Below, piece by piece: positions 15,222 through 25,968 of a stretch of 32,496 nt of DNA (its first letter is position 1; every line of letters begins with the position of its first letter). Origin of the DNA: Gemmatimonadaceae bacterium (GTDB lineage: Bacteria; Gemmatimonadota; Gemmatimonadetes; Gemmatimonadales; Gemmatimonadaceae); NCBI GenBank assembly GCA_040902005.1, contig JBBDYA010000058.1, forward strand, positions 1 to 32,496. The letters run 5' to 3'. Position numbers and translations under genes: made by a program. Below the pieces are notes generated by a model that worked only from the letters and a program-made list of their open reading frames with translations, made no database searches and was not told where the DNA came from.

Positions 15222-18200
15222 TCAGGGTGTCGCGCCTTTGGTCCCCCAGGGCGGAGGCGGCGGCGATACCACCTGGCGCAGGTTGAACGTCACGCGAAAC
15301 CTGCGGTCGCTTCCCGTGCGGCGCAGCGCGTAGACGAACCGCTCGCCCGGCACCAGTTCGATCGTCCAGATGTTCGTTCGCGATGCCGGCAGGAGCGACG
15401 CCGTGTGCGAGTCGGCAAAGAAATCCTGGAAGACGGCACTGCCCGCGCCGCGCGTGTCGCCGCCGTACTGCGTGACGCGGTCCGGCGTGCCGTCTTCGTG
15501 CCGGTGATCGTGCTTGAGCCGGAGTCCGGCGGCGGTGCGGGTCACCACCCACGTCCTGGACCGGTCGGCCCCCACGTAGAATGGGATGCGAATCTCGTTT
15601 GGCGCGCATTCCCGCACGTGCATCTGCATCGTCCTGCCCGCGAACACCGTGTCCGGCGGGATACTCTCCGTGATGGTGCCCAGGAACGACTTGCCACACA
15701 GGTCCTGGAGCGCGTTCCAGAACGTCCCTGACGGCGTTGGCTCGGCACGCACGCGGGCGCGCGCCGCATCCCAGCTTTCCATCGCGCGACCGTTCACGGC
15801 CCTGACGGAGACGTGCCAGCCCGCACCAACGCCTCGCAGCACAACCTGCGGCGCAGCGACGGTCACGGTGCGCCGCTCCGGCGCGTCCGGCGGTCCGTAC
15901 TTCACCACGTAGCGCGTGATCCCCCGCTCTGGGGACCGCGTCCAGCGCGCCCGGGCTCCCCCTCCCCCGGGCACCTCGTTCACGACCAGGTCGTCCACGC
16001 GCGACGGGCTGGACGCGAGCAGCATGAGGGACGCCACGGTGGTCTTGCTCACCTCCGCCACGAGGGGATGATTGATCGTCTCGAGAATATCGTGTGACTG
16101 GTGATAGTGCGGATTGCCGAGAATCGGATAGGATCCGATGCCGCCGACGATGTCGCCGTATGCCTCGTAGTACGCGTGCGCGTCCGTACTGCGATAGTAG
16201 CGGGCGTCATAGGTGATCAGGTTCGTGAACCCGAACGCGGCGGCGTGCTGCAGGTCCCGGATGCCATCGTTCGAGTACCGGATGGTATTGTCCAGCCGGA
16301 AATCGTTCGACCAGCCGATCATGTCGTTGTTGAGCGCGCCGACGATCCGCTGATTGGCGGCCACAGCGCGCCGGACATACTCCCGGCTTCCGAGCAGCCC
16401 CCCCTCCTCGCCGGTGAACCAGGCGAACTGAATCGTGGCGGCCTGCGGGCGCCTGGCGAGCACGCGCGCCGCCTCGAGCAGCGCGGCGGTGCCCGACGTG
16501 TTGTCGTCGGCCCCGGGCCCGCGCTCGACGGAATCGAAGTGACTGCTGACCACGTACACCAGCCCGGGATTGGTTGTCCCCCGGAGCGTGGCGATGACAT
16601 TGGCGGTCCGCACACCAGGGCGTGGCTCGAACCACTGGAGCTCCGGCTCGTACCCCCAGGCGCGCAGCTGCGCCGCGATGTAGTCGATCGCCATCCGGTT
16701 GCCCGGTTGCGTGATGAACTTGGAATCGAACTCGAACAGGGCACGCTCGTAGCCATAGATGCGCGCTACGGAGACATCGCGCACCGCCGCGCGCACCGCC
16801 ACCGCGATCGCGGCGAACATCCGCTCGCCGCGCGCGCGCAGATCGCGCTCCACCGCCCGCATCGCGCGCACGCGCGCGAGCAGATCCACCTGCGAGATCG
16901 GCCGGTCGAAATGCACGAGATACACGCCACGCTCCGGCGAAATCGTATCGCCCTCCCGATCGGACACGATGAGCAGTTTCTGGCCATCCGGACTCGCGGC
17001 CCATGCGTACTCCGGCGCCACGGTGCGCACGGTGTTGTTGTGATGCACGCGCTGCACCGTGCCGGTGCTCACCTCGTACAGATACGCTCGCGAATGGCGC
17101 GCTTCCCCCTTGATCGCCACCAGGCGATCCGCGCTCAGCCACTGCGGAAACCGGTCGTGCTGGATTTCACGCGTGAGGCGCGTGTCTGCCTGCCCGTTCG
17201 CGCCGATCACGTAGATCTCCCAGTCGTCGCGGGGCTGGGCCGCGTAGGCCACGCGCTGCCCGTCCGGCGACGGCGCGGGCGACGCGAGCGGCTGCGGCGA
17301 CCGCTTGAGCACAGCCGGCGGACCGGGGAGCGTCAGCGACAGCGCATTGATCGTGTACTCCATCGGATTCCGCGACAGCCACACGACCAGCGACCCGTCC
17401 GCGGCGACCGCGGGCGTCCGTCCCTCGAACGTTCGCGTTTCGCGCGTGGCCAGGCCGCGAACCGCCACGGTGCCGTCGCCGATCATGTAGACCAGGTAGC
17501 CCCGCGCCGTTGCCAGCAGGCCGCTCTTGAGCCCGGGCTCGTCGGTGACCGTCACCACGCCGGCCGCCCCCGTCACGTCTTCGATGGCAAAGATGTCGGA
17601 GCGCGCCGTGTCGCCCCGCGCGGAGCCGACGAAGTACAGGGTGCGCCCATCCGGTGCAAACGTGAGCGCCGTCTTGGCCACCGCGGGCACCTCCAGCTCG
17701 CGCTCCTGTCCCGTCGCGATGACCCGGAGGATGACGCGGGCCAGCTCACGCTCCATCTGGGTGATCGTCTGCCGCTGCTGGGCCAGCCGGCGAAACTCCC
17801 CGGCGCGCTGCAGTGAATCCGCCGTCACGCGCGCCGCGCGCAACACTGGACTCTCACGGATCGCGAAATACGCGGCGTGCACGCCATCCGGCGACATCGC
17901 CAGCCCGACGCCATCGAGGCGCGCGACCAGCCGGGTGGTATCGCCCTCCACGGCGACGATGTGCGCGATGCGGCCGCCGCCCGTGGCGTATGCGGCCAGG
18001 CGACCGTCCGCGCTCCACTGCGGGGCCGCGCCGTCCGGCGTGACTTCCGTGGTGCGATACAGCTCCCCCGTCAACAGCGCCGCGGGCTCGAGGTGACGCA
18101 GTCCCATCGGAGCGGAAAGCAGCCGGTCCAGGCGCAGCAACGCGGTGTTGTAATACCCCGCGTCCCACGCGACGGACGCCGAATCGAACAGCAGGACCGC

Positions 18201-18308
18201 GCCCTGCTCGGTCAGGGGGGGGGGACGCGGCGGCGCTGGCCGGGCGGGCGCTGCCTGCGCGCCCAGGGGGCCCGCGATGATGCAGAGGACGGAAATCAGT
18301 ATGCGCAT
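15222..18308 (-). CDS. secreted M28 metallopeptidase with TolB/PD40 beta-propeller, FN3-like domain and extra C-terminal domain
   Basis: PD40-like repeats (PQWSADG, SPDG); SHFDS, GADDNTSG, GEEGGLLGS, NNDMIG and HYHQSHD motifs. Confidence 0.88.
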   Translation of the reverse strand: MRILISVLCIIAGPLGAQAAPARPAPPRPPPLTEQGAVLLFDSASVAWDAGYYNTALLRLDRLLSAPMGLRHLEPAALLTGELYRTTEVTPDGAAPQWSADGRLAAYATGGGRIAHIVAVEGDTTRLVARLDGVGLAMSPDGVHAAYFAIRESPVLRAARVTADSLQRAGEFRRLAQQRQTITQMERELARVILRVIATGQERELEVPAVAKTALTFAPDGRTLYFVGSARGDTARSDIFAIEDVTGAAGVVTVTDEPGLKSGLLATARGYLVYMIGDGTVAVRGLATRETRTFEGRTPAVAADGSLVVWLSRNPMEYTINALSLTLPGPPAVLKRSPQPLASPAPSPDGQRVAYAAQPRDDWEIYVIGANGQADTRLTREIQHDRFPQWLSADRLVAIKGEARHSRAYLYEVSTGTVQRVHHNNTVRTVAPEYAWAASPDGQKLLIVSDREGDTISPERGVYLVHFDRPISQVDLLARVRAMRAVERDLRARGERMFAAIAVAVRAAVRDVSVARIYGYERALFEFDSKFITQPGNRMAIDYIAAQLRAWGYEPELQWFEPRPGVRTANVIATLRGTTNPGLVYVVSSHFDSVERGPGADDNTSGTAALLEAARVLARRPQAATIQFAWFTGEEGGLLGSREYVRRAVAANQRIVGALNNDMIGWSNDFRLDNTIRYSNDGIRDLQHAAAFGFTNLITYDARYYRSTDAHAYYEAYGDIVGGIGSYPILGNPHYHQSHDILETINHPLVAEVSKTTVASLMLLASSPSRVDDLVVNEVPGGGGARARWTRSPERGITRYVVKYGPPDAPERRTVTVAAPQVVLRGVGAGWHVSVRAVNGRAMESWDAARARVRAEPTPSGTFWNALQDLCGKSFLGTITESIPPDTVFAGRTMQMHVRECAPNEIRIPFYVGADRSRTWVVTRTAAGLRLKHDHRHEDGTPDRVTQYGGDTRGAGSAVFQDFFADSHTASLLPASRTNIWTIELVPGERFVYALRRTGSDRRFRVTFNLRQVVSPPPPPWGTKGATP

Positions 18309-18361
18309 GAGGATACGGGAAGCTACCGTTTGGCGCGCAACGCGACCAGACGCGAGCGGCG

Positions 18362-20293
18362 TCAGCGCCGCGGGATGACCGGCAGGATCACGTGCGACGG
18401 GCGCGGACGATCCAGGTACAATCGGTTGGTGGCGACGCGCATTCGGGTCGCGCGTCCCTCCGGTTCGCCGGTGTTGGGATTCACGTCGAAGTGCGGAAAG
18501 TTGCTGCTCGAAATGTCCACGCGCACCCGGTGTCCCTTTACGAACAGGTTGCTCGTGGGAAAGGCATCCACGGTGATCGCGTAGATGGTGCCGGGTACCA
18601 TCAGGCGCGGCCGCTCCCAGGAGTCACGATACCGCACCCGCAGGATCCCGTCCGTGAGGTTCATCGCAAACCCGTCCGGATAGTCCCGGCTCGGCGGATG
18701 GACATCGATCAGCTTCACCGTGAAGTCGGTGTCGGGACAGTTGGAGGCGATCCAGAGCCGGGCCGAAATCGGACCCGTGAGCTCGAGATCCTCCGCCAGG
18801 GGGGGCGTCTGAAAGCTGAGCACATCCTGCCGCTCGGCGAGCGCGCGATACGGCTCACGCGAGCCGAAGAACCGCGGACCCTCGCGCTGGTCGTAGGCGC
18901 CGCCCTCCATGACGGGACGCCCGGACGTCACGGTGCCGCCGATCGTGGGCACCGGGTTCCGTGGGTCGAACCGGAACTCGTCCCACGTGAAATCCTCCGG
19001 CGCGCGGCGCGTGGACAGTTCGCCGCTGCGATGGAAGTAGTACGGAGTGAACCGCGTGTCCGGCAGAGGCCAGTCGCGCTCCGCGCGCCATCGCCCCCCG
19101 TGGTCCAGGCGGCCGGCCGCGTTCTTCCTGCCCGTGCCGCCACCCATCACGAACAGCCGCACGCGGGGCTCGGACTCCACACCGTTGGGCACGTCCCTGA
19201 GCCATCGATCGAACCACCGGAGGCGGAGGGTGAGATAATCCGGCGCGAGGTTGCCGTCGAGCGTCGCGGCGGCACCGAAGTCCACGTCGCCGGCGTAGGT
19301 CAGCTGCCGGTCGCCGTGCGTCCACGGGCCGATGATCAGCCGCATCGCCGAGCGCTTGCGCGTCGCGAGCCCCATGAAATTCTCCGTCGCGGTGCGCGGA
19401 TACGGATCGTACCAGGACGACATGTGGACCATGGGCGCGTCCACGAAGCTGTCGTAGAATCCGGCGGCATAGATGCCCAGCTGCTTCCAGTAGTCGTCGA
19501 ACGTGCCGCGCTCCCACTGCTCGAACAGGTAATCCTCATATTCGGGCGCGAGCGACACGGGTGAGTCCCCCCGACTCCACGGCATCCGGGCGAACCACTG
19601 CCTGATGTCGATCGCCTTCATCGCCGCCAGCCGCGCGGGATCCGCCTGGATCTCCGGGCTTTCCAGGGCGTTGTTGTAGGCCCAGGTGGCCTGTTTCAGC
19701 TCGAACGCGCCTCCCTGACGAATGCCACCCTGGTATGCATTGGAGAAACCGCCGGAGTCGAGGAACATCGCGGCCACGCCCGGCGCCGCCGCGGATCCCA
19801 GCGCGCCCTGCGTGTGCGCGGCGTACGACAGCCCCATCGTGCCGATGTGTCCATTGCACCAGGACTGCGAGAGAATCCATCGGCAGGTATCGTATCCGTC
19901 GTTGCCGTCGCTGAGGTACTTCACGAATTCGCCCTGGGACTTGTAGCGTCCGCGGCAGTCCTGATAGACGACGACGTATCCGTTGCGCACGAAGAACTCG
20001 GCAACCTGTGCGCGGCCAAGGGGGCGTGGATCGGCCGGCGTGCGCTCGGAGCGGCTCGGCGCGGTCTTGTCGTACGGTGTGCGCTCGAGGATCACGGGAT
20101 AGCGCGTGCCGTCATCGTTCGGCAGGTAGACGTCCGTGCCTAGCCGGATGCCATCGCGCATCGGAACCATGACGTCGCGCTTCACGATCGTGGCGCCGGA
20201 TCCGGCGGCCCGCGTGGGCCGCAGGGAAACAAGCACCGCGCCGCCGACACACATCGCGGCGAACTCTCTGCGTGTCAGATCGCGCTCGGGCAT
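18362..20293 (-). CDS. CocE/NonD family hydrolase (peptidase S15), probable Tat substrate
   Basis: TRREF Tat-like signal, PMRDGIRLGTDVY, ERTPY, QDCRGRYKSQG, GLSY nucleophile, IGPWTH and ISSSNFPHF. Start reassigned to the ATG at 20293 within ORF 18362..21079. Confidence 0.93.
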   Translation of the reverse strand: MPERDLTRREFAAMCVGGAVLVSLRPTRAAGSGATIVKRDVMVPMRDGIRLGTDVYLPNDDGTRYPVILERTPYDKTAPSRSERTPADPRPLGRAQVAEFFVRNGYVVVYQDCRGRYKSQGEFVKYLSDGNDGYDTCRWILSQSWCNGHIGTMGLSYAAHTQGALGSAAAPGVAAMFLDSGGFSNAYQGGIRQGGAFELKQATWAYNNALESPEIQADPARLAAMKAIDIRQWFARMPWSRGDSPVSLAPEYEDYLFEQWERGTFDDYWKQLGIYAAGFYDSFVDAPMVHMSSWYDPYPRTATENFMGLATRKRSAMRLIIGPWTHGDRQLTYAGDVDFGAAATLDGNLAPDYLTLRLRWFDRWLRDVPNGVESEPRVRLFVMGGGTGRKNAAGRLDHGGRWRAERDWPLPDTRFTPYYFHRSGELSTRRAPEDFTWDEFRFDPRNPVPTIGGTVTSGRPVMEGGAYDQREGPRFFGSREPYRALAERQDVLSFQTPPLAEDLELTGPISARLWIASNCPDTDFTVKLIDVHPPSRDYPDGFAMNLTDGILRVRYRDSWERPRLMVPGTIYAITVDAFPTSNLFVKGHRVRVDISSSNFPHFDVNPNTGEPEGRATRMRVATNRLYLDRPRPSHVILPVIPRR

Positions 20294-20370
20294 CTCATAG
20301 GGTACTGTCCCGGCGCGCGGGGCCGCAACTCGAACTCGTTGCGTGCACAGGAGGCGCGGCGTGGTGCGGA

Positions 20371-21117
20371 CTATCGCGGCGCCCGCGATCGCGTCCAGAC
20401 GACGATGGCGCCGCACCGGCTTGACGGCTCCACGAACTCCATTGGCGTGTTCGCCCGACGCGAATACACCTCGATCGCGTACGCGTATCCAGGGGAAACG
20501 ATCTCGTCGAGCAGGACGTTCCTGCGCAGCGATCCATCCACCCACACGCTCAGGCACTCGCGCGTGCCGCTCACCGTGCATGGCCCCACCACCGGACACC
20601 GGACCACCACCCCCTGCATCATGCGAAGCATTTCCGACGTCTGCCCGACTCGCGCCGACATGGCCTCGACCTGATCGGGGCTCAGGTACTGTCCGAATCC
20701 CCTCTCGAGGCGGTCGTAGAAACCGTCGCGGAGCAAGGCCGCGGACATGCGCTCGCCCACGACCTGTACGGGCGCGAGTTCCTGCGCGTCGATCGCGCGC
20801 AGGGTCAGGTTCAGCACGACCGTCGTGTCCGGGGGCAGTGTCGCCGCGAAGTGCACGGCGCGGTACCCGATCCGCATCGCGGTGAAATCGTGGTCCCCGG
20901 CGGAGACAGCGAGGTAAAAACGGCCGGCGCTGTCCGTGACCACGGATGCGTCGCGGCCCAGCGCGATCACCGTCACGAGCGGGAGTGGCCGTCCGATCGT
21001 GTCGCGCACCACGCCCGCGATCGCCGCTCGGCGGCCGGTGTCCGGCGCGGGAGCCTGCGCCCCCGATTCCGTGGCACACAGCAGCAGCCCCACGATTCCC
21101 ATCAGGCGCGGCATCAT
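20371..21117 (-). CDS. secreted protein with a carboxypeptidase-regulatory-like domain and a TonB-receptor plug-like domain, no barrel
   Basis: IAGVVRDTIGRPL...TDSAGRF...RIGY, then VWVDG...IEVY...CGAIVVWTR and stop; GAGGAGG upstream. Confidence 0.75.
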   Translation of the reverse strand: MMPRLMGIVGLLLCATESGAQAPAPDTGRRAAIAGVVRDTIGRPLPLVTVIALGRDASVVTDSAGRFYLAVSAGDHDFTAMRIGYRAVHFAATLPPDTTVVLNLTLRAIDAQELAPVQVVGERMSAALLRDGFYDRLERGFGQYLSPDQVEAMSARVGQTSEMLRMMQGVVVRCPVVGPCTVSGTRECLSVWVDGSLRRNVLLDEIVSPGYAYAIEVYSRRANTPMEFVEPSSRCGAIVVWTRSRAPR

Positions 21118-21169
21118 CCTCCTCGAATCACTCACCATGCGCATTGGACAACAGTACCTTTGGGCGCGC

Positions 21170-22468
21170 ATGAGACCGCTCACGCTCGCGTTCGCGATGC
21201 TGCCTCTCCACGCCCTCTTCGGCCAGGGCGCCGTGCCTGACATTACCATCCACGCGCCCGCCGCGCCCGGGGGTGGGTGGGATCAGACCGCGCGCGTCAT
21301 GCAGCACGTGCTCCGCTCCACCGGGCTCGCGCGCTCCGTGCAGGTGGTGAACGCGGCGGGCGCCGCGGGCACGATCGGACTCGCGCGGTTCGTGAGCGCG
21401 GAGCGCGGAAATCCGAACGCGCTGCTGGTAACCGGTCTCGTGATGGTCAGCGGCATCGCCGCCAACCAGTCGCCCGTGACGCTGGCCGACGTCACACCGA
21501 TCGCGCGTCTCAGCGGCGAGTACGAGGTGATCGTGGTCCCGGCGTCGTCGCCCTTTCGGTCGCTGAGGGACCTCACAGACGCGTTCAGAGCCAACCCGCG
21601 CGCGATTTCCTGGGGGGGCGGCTCGGCGGGCGGCACCGATGACATACTCGTGCGGCTGCTGGCGGACCGCGTGGGTGTGCCACGCGTCGGCGTGAACTAC
21701 ATCGCGTACTCCGGCGGCGGCCAGGCGCTTGCCGCGGTGCTCGGCGCGCACGTGAGCGCGGCCGTGAGCGGCCTGGGCGAGTTCGCGTCGCAGATCGAGG
21801 CCGGCCAGCTTCGCGCCCTCGCCATTTCCGCGCCCCCCCCGGGGCGCGCGGAGGGGATCGACATCCCCACGTTCCACGAGCAGGGAGTGGATCTCACCCT
21901 GCTCAACTGGCGCGGCGTGGTGGCACCACCAGGCATCTCGCGTCAGGAGCGGCGCGCGCTGGAACGCCTTGTCGAGCAGCTGGCGGCCCGTGCCGAATGG
22001 AAGGAGGTGCTGCAGCGGAACGGGTGGGTGGACCTCCACCTTCAGGGCCCGGAGTTCGATCGGTTCCTGACGAGTGAAATCGCGCGCGTCGCGCCGCTCG
22101 TCGCGCAGGCCCAAGGCGCGGGCGCCAGGGACTACTTCGGTCTGTTCGTCCTGCTTGGCGCGGCGACCTCACTCGTGGCGGTCGCCATGGGCGCGGTGAA
22201 GAGGCCAGGCGGCGCGACGCCCGTCACTCCGACGACCGACGCGGGAACGCTCGGCATCCTCACGCTCGCCTTCATCCTGGACATCGCGCTCTTCGAGACA
22301 CTCGGCTTCGTGCTCGCGAGCGCCGTGATGTTCGTGCTCGTGGCGCGCGCGTTCGGCAGCCGCCGCCTGGCGCGCGACGCCGTCGTGGGACTGGGGCTTG
22401 CCCTCCTCGTGTTCGCCGGATTCACCAGCGGGCTTGGCATTTCGCTTCCGGCGGGGGTACTGGGCTGA
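21170..22468 (+). CDS. tctC: tripartite tricarboxylate transporter substrate-binding protein TctC fused to a TctB-like membrane domain
   Basis: [25 protein letters not shown] and [10 protein letters not shown] (Bug/TctC), then hydrophobic helices with LGFVLAS...LGISLPAG (TctB). Start at 21170 or 21137. Confidence 0.88.
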   Translation: MRPLTLAFAMLPLHALFGQGAVPDITIHAPAAPGGGWDQTARVMQHVLRSTGLARSVQVVNAAGAAGTIGLARFVSAERGNPNALLVTGLVMVSGIAANQSPVTLADVTPIARLSGEYEVIVVPASSPFRSLRDLTDAFRANPRAISWGGGSAGGTDDILVRLLADRVGVPRVGVNYIAYSGGGQALAAVLGAHVSAAVSGLGEFASQIEAGQLRALAISAPPPGRAEGIDIPTFHEQGVDLTLLNWRGVVAPPGISRQERRALERLVEQLAARAEWKEVLQRNGWVDLHLQGPEFDRFLTSEIARVAPLVAQAQGAGARDYFGLFVLLGAATSLVAVAMGAVKRPGGATPVTPTTDAGTLGILTLAFILDIALFETLGFVLASAVMFVLVARAFGSRRLARDAVVGLGLALLVFAGFTSGLGISLPAGVLG

Positions 22469-23952
22469 TGGACGCCTGGGGTCCGCTCGCCGACGGGTTT
22501 CGCGTGGCGGCATTGCCGCAGCACCTGGCGTGGAACTTCGTGGGCGTGTGCCTTGGCACCGCCGTGGGCGTCCTGCCGGGCATCGGGCCGGCGCTGACGG
22601 TTTCGCTGCTGCTTCCGGTGACGTTTTCCCTGGAGCCGACGGCGGCATTCATCATGTTCGCCGGGATCTACTATGGCGCGATGTACGGCGGCTCGACGAC
22701 GTCGATCCTGCTGAACACCCCCGGAGAAAGCGCGACGATCATCACGGCCCTGGAGGGGCACAAGATGGCGCTCGCCGGGCGCGGCGGCGCCGCGCTCGCC
22801 ACCGCGGCGATTGGCAGCTTCGTCGCGGGCACGCTGGCCACGGTCGGACTGGCCATCGGCGCGCCGGTGCTCGTGAACGTCGCGCTCGCGCTGGGGCCCG
22901 CCGAATACTTCGCCTTGATCGTCGTCGCATTCGCGGCGGTCACCAGCGTGCTCGGCGACTCGCGCGCGAAGGGGATGGTGAGCCTCTTTCTCGGCCTCAC
23001 GCTCGGACTGGTGGGCCTGGATCCGCGCGACGGGCAGGCGCGGCTCACGTTCGGCATGCCGTATCTCCTCGATGGTATCGATCCCGTCATCGTGGCGGTC
23101 GGCCTGTTCGCCGTGGGTGAGACGCTGTTCGTCGCGTCTCGCCGGGGCGCGGGACAGGATGAGCTGGTGCCGTTGCGCGGCTCGCTCTGGATGACGCGCG
23201 AGGAATGGTCGCGCAGTTGGCGCCCGTGGCTGCGCGGAGCCGCCATCGGGTTCCCCATCGGCGCGCTGCCGGCGGGCGGGTCCGAGCTTCCCACCTTCCT
23301 CTCCTACGGGCTGGAGAAGCGGCTGGCGCGGCGTCCCGAGGAGTTCGGCCATGGGGCGATCGAGGGGGTCGCGGGACCGGAAGCGGCGAACAACGCGTCC
23401 GCCACCGGTACGCTGGTGCCGCTGCTCACGCTGGGGCTTCCCACGTCCGCGACGGCCGCGATGCTGCTGGCGGCATTTCAGCAGTATGGGCTGCGACCGG
23501 GACCGCTGCTGTTCGAGCACGAGCCGGCGCTCGTGTGGGGAGTGATCGCGAGCCTGTTCATCGGGAACGCGCTGCTACTGCTACTGAATCTTCCCCTGGT
23601 CGGCCTCTGGATTCGCCTGCTCGCGCTTCCGCGCCCCCTGCTCTACGGAGGCATCCTCATGCTCGCGACGGTTGGCGCCTACTCGGTTCACGGTTCGGTC
23701 CTGGACCTCATGCTGCTGAGCGTAATCGGCATGGCAGGGTTCGCCCTGCGCCTGGGCAGCTTTCCGGTGGGACCCGTGATCATCGGACTACTGCTTGGAC
23801 CCATGGCGGAGCAGCAGCTCACGCGGGCGCTCGCCATCGGTCAGGGGAGCGCCCTCGTGTTGGTGACACGCCCGGTATCGGCCGCGCTGCTGGCGATCGC
23901 GGCCGCCATGCTGCTCTGGCCCCTGCTTCGGATTCGCCGCGCGCGTTCCTGA
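22468..23952 (+). CDS. tctA: tripartite tricarboxylate transporter large permease TctA
   Basis: [31 protein letters not shown] and LTLGLPTS; start overlaps the upstream stop (TGATG). Confidence 0.95.
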   Translation: MDAWGPLADGFRVAALPQHLAWNFVGVCLGTAVGVLPGIGPALTVSLLLPVTFSLEPTAAFIMFAGIYYGAMYGGSTTSILLNTPGESATIITALEGHKMALAGRGGAALATAAIGSFVAGTLATVGLAIGAPVLVNVALALGPAEYFALIVVAFAAVTSVLGDSRAKGMVSLFLGLTLGLVGLDPRDGQARLTFGMPYLLDGIDPVIVAVGLFAVGETLFVASRRGAGQDELVPLRGSLWMTREEWSRSWRPWLRGAAIGFPIGALPAGGSELPTFLSYGLEKRLARRPEEFGHGAIEGVAGPEAANNASATGTLVPLLTLGLPTSATAAMLLAAFQQYGLRPGPLLFEHEPALVWGVIASLFIGNALLLLLNLPLVGLWIRLLALPRPLLYGGILMLATVGAYSVHGSVLDLMLLSVIGMAGFALRLGSFPVGPVIIGLLLGPMAEQQLTRALAIGQGSALVLVTRPVSAALLAIAAAMLLWPLLRIRRARS

Positions 23953-23985
23953 CCACGCGGTGCGCCGCGGCGGTGGGTGGGTGGG

Positions 23986-25326
23986 TTACTTCTTCGCCAC
24001 CGGCTTGTCTACGGGATAATTGGCGAGCGCCGCGGGCACGACGCCGGCGTCGCCCTGTTCCACGCGGCGGGCGGCGCCCTGGAGCACGGACTGGATGTCG
24101 ATCCCAAACGCCGATCCCAGCCCCTCGAGCGTTCGGTACGCCGCGTTGACACGCTGGTTCGCCGCGTTGCCGACGCCGTCCCCCGCGCCACCGTCCATCA
24201 CCACCAGCCGGTCGATCTCGATGCCCTTCACCGCTTCGACCGCGGTGCTCAGCAGCAGGGGCAGCTTCTCCGCCATGAACACCCTAAATCCCTGCTCGCC
24301 CGCGGTGTTGATCTGCGAGTACAGCAGCTTGAGCACTTCCACCTGCGCCTTTCCGTTCTCCAGAATGGGGGCCGCTTCCGCGCGCGCCTGGAGTTCGGCC
24401 GCCTTGCGATGCGCCTCGGCGGGTTCCACGACGTCCGCGAGCAGCCGGCGCTTCTGAAGCTCCACGCGCTGGCTCTCCAGGTGCTGCTGCGCCTCGACCT
24501 CGGCGCGCTCCGCTTCCACCTTGGCGACGCGCTCCGTGGTTTCTGCCTGCTGGTTGAGCTGTGCCTGCTTCACGCGCAGGTCGTTGCGCGCGGACGCCAC
24601 CGCGGTTTCCGCCTCCGCCCGCGCGACCTCCGCGATGCGCATGGATTCCGCCTGACGCTGCTTTGTCTCGGCCTCGTTCTGCGCCTCGGCAATCTGCGCC
24701 TGCTTGAGGATCTGCGCCGTCTTCGCGCGCCCCACGGCCGCGAGGTACCCGACCTCGTCGGTCACGTTCTGGATCTTCAGCGTGTCGAGCTGCAATCCGA
24801 GCTTCTGGAGATCCTGATCCGCCTCCTCCACGAGCTGCGACGCGAACTTGAGCCGGTCTTCGTTGACCTCTTCGGGCGTCAGCGTGGCCAGCACACCGCG
24901 CAGGTTGGCAGACAGCGTTTCCTTCGCCAGCTCCTCGATATCATCGATGTGCTTGCCAAGCAGCCGCTCCACGCCGTTGTTGAACGTGGACTCGGGCTCC
25001 GACGCGACCTTGATGTTGCCCACGGCCTGCACGGACAACGGGATGCCCCCCTTCGAGAACGCATTCGTGACGTTCAGTTCGATGGGGATGGTCGCGAGCG
25101 GCATCCATGCCACTTCCTCGATGATGGGAATGCGCAGCGTGCGGCCGCCAATCACCGTGCGGTAGCCGACGGCCGTTCCGTCGCCGAGTTTCCGGCTGCG
25201 TCCCGTGATCACTGCCGCGCGGTTGGGCGGCACGATGACGATCAGCGACTTGATCGTGACGAGAAGAACGACGAACGCGGCAACGACGATGCCCGCGGCG
25301 ATGAATGTACCGGTCAGTGCTTCCAT
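23986..25326 (-). CDS. flotillin / SPFH domain protein
   Basis: N-terminal TM, SPFH domain (GGRTLRIPIIE, NLRGVLATLTPEEVNEDRLKF) and an AEA-rich coiled coil. Confidence 0.92.
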   Translation of the reverse strand: MEALTGTFIAAGIVVAAFVVLLVTIKSLIVIVPPNRAAVITGRSRKLGDGTAVGYRTVIGGRTLRIPIIEEVAWMPLATIPIELNVTNAFSKGGIPLSVQAVGNIKVASEPESTFNNGVERLLGKHIDDIEELAKETLSANLRGVLATLTPEEVNEDRLKFASQLVEEADQDLQKLGLQLDTLKIQNVTDEVGYLAAVGRAKTAQILKQAQIAEAQNEAETKQRQAESMRIAEVARAEAETAVASARNDLRVKQAQLNQQAETTERVAKVEAERAEVEAQQHLESQRVELQKRRLLADVVEPAEAHRKAAELQARAEAAPILENGKAQVEVLKLLYSQINTAGEQGFRVFMAEKLPLLLSTAVEAVKGIEIDRLVVMDGGAGDGVGNAANQRVNAAYRTLEGLGSAFGIDIQSVLQGAARRVEQGDAGVVPAALANYPVDKPVAKK

Positions 25327-25330
25327 GACT

Positions 25331-25891
25331 TCACTCCTGCGATTGGCTGAGCGATGAGATTTCCTTGTATGACGGATCGTCGAGCGGGGACACGAGCGCG
25401 GTGCCGCGGTGCATCTCGACGATGATCACGGATTTCCAGCGGGACGGGTTGCCGGCGTCCACGTCCAGCGAACGCGCGAGCAGCTCAAAGGTGCGGTCGC
25501 CGCGCTGCACCATGACCTTGCCCTTGCCGCCCCTGGTGATCGGCAGGGTCACGCGAGCGGTGAGTCCCACGAAGGTGTCGTCGGCGCTGCGGTTCCCCGA
25601 ATCGGTGCGTCGAAGGTACGCGAACGCCGCGGAGGCCGCGCCACCCACGGCGAGCCCCGCCACCACGGCCAGGAGCAGGACGAGGGGCGCCGCGGCGGCG
25701 TGCCAGGTCCTGGCCAGCACGGCGCCCACGCCGCCGAACACGAACAGAAAGTACGTGAGCGTGCGCAGCGACAGCCACTGCCACGCCGAAGGTGCGTGAT
25801 CATGACTGGAGTCGCTGTCGGAGTCGCCGACGAGCGAAAACGCGAGCAGCCCGCCGCCGACGAGCAGCGCGAAGAGGTAGAGCGTGAACAT
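25331..25891 (-). CDS. NfeD-like membrane protein (flotillin partner)
   Basis: Three TM helices plus OB-fold-like C-terminus (VGLTARVTLPI...GKV); directly upstream of flotillin. Confidence 0.82.
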   Translation of the reverse strand: MFTLYLFALLVGGGLLAFSLVGDSDSDSSHDHAPSAWQWLSLRTLTYFLFVFGGVGAVLARTWHAAAAPLVLLLAVVAGLAVGGAASAAFAYLRRTDSGNRSADDTFVGLTARVTLPITRGGKGKVMVQRGDRTFELLARSLDVDAGNPSRWKSVIIVEMHRGTALVSPLDDPSYKEISSLSQSQE

Positions 25892-25968
25892 GGACTGCGA
25901 AGGTGCAGACTTGCGCACGCCCGCGCAACTATGCGTCAGCGCGCGCTGGCCGGCCGCGCCGATTTCGT

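Noticed and set aside
20294..21079. Apparent 260-aa N-terminal extension of the CocE hydrolase (905-aa ORF)
   Set aside because: It is Arg/Gly-rich nonsense overlapping the real gene 20371..21117 in another frame. The Tat-like signal starts at 20293.
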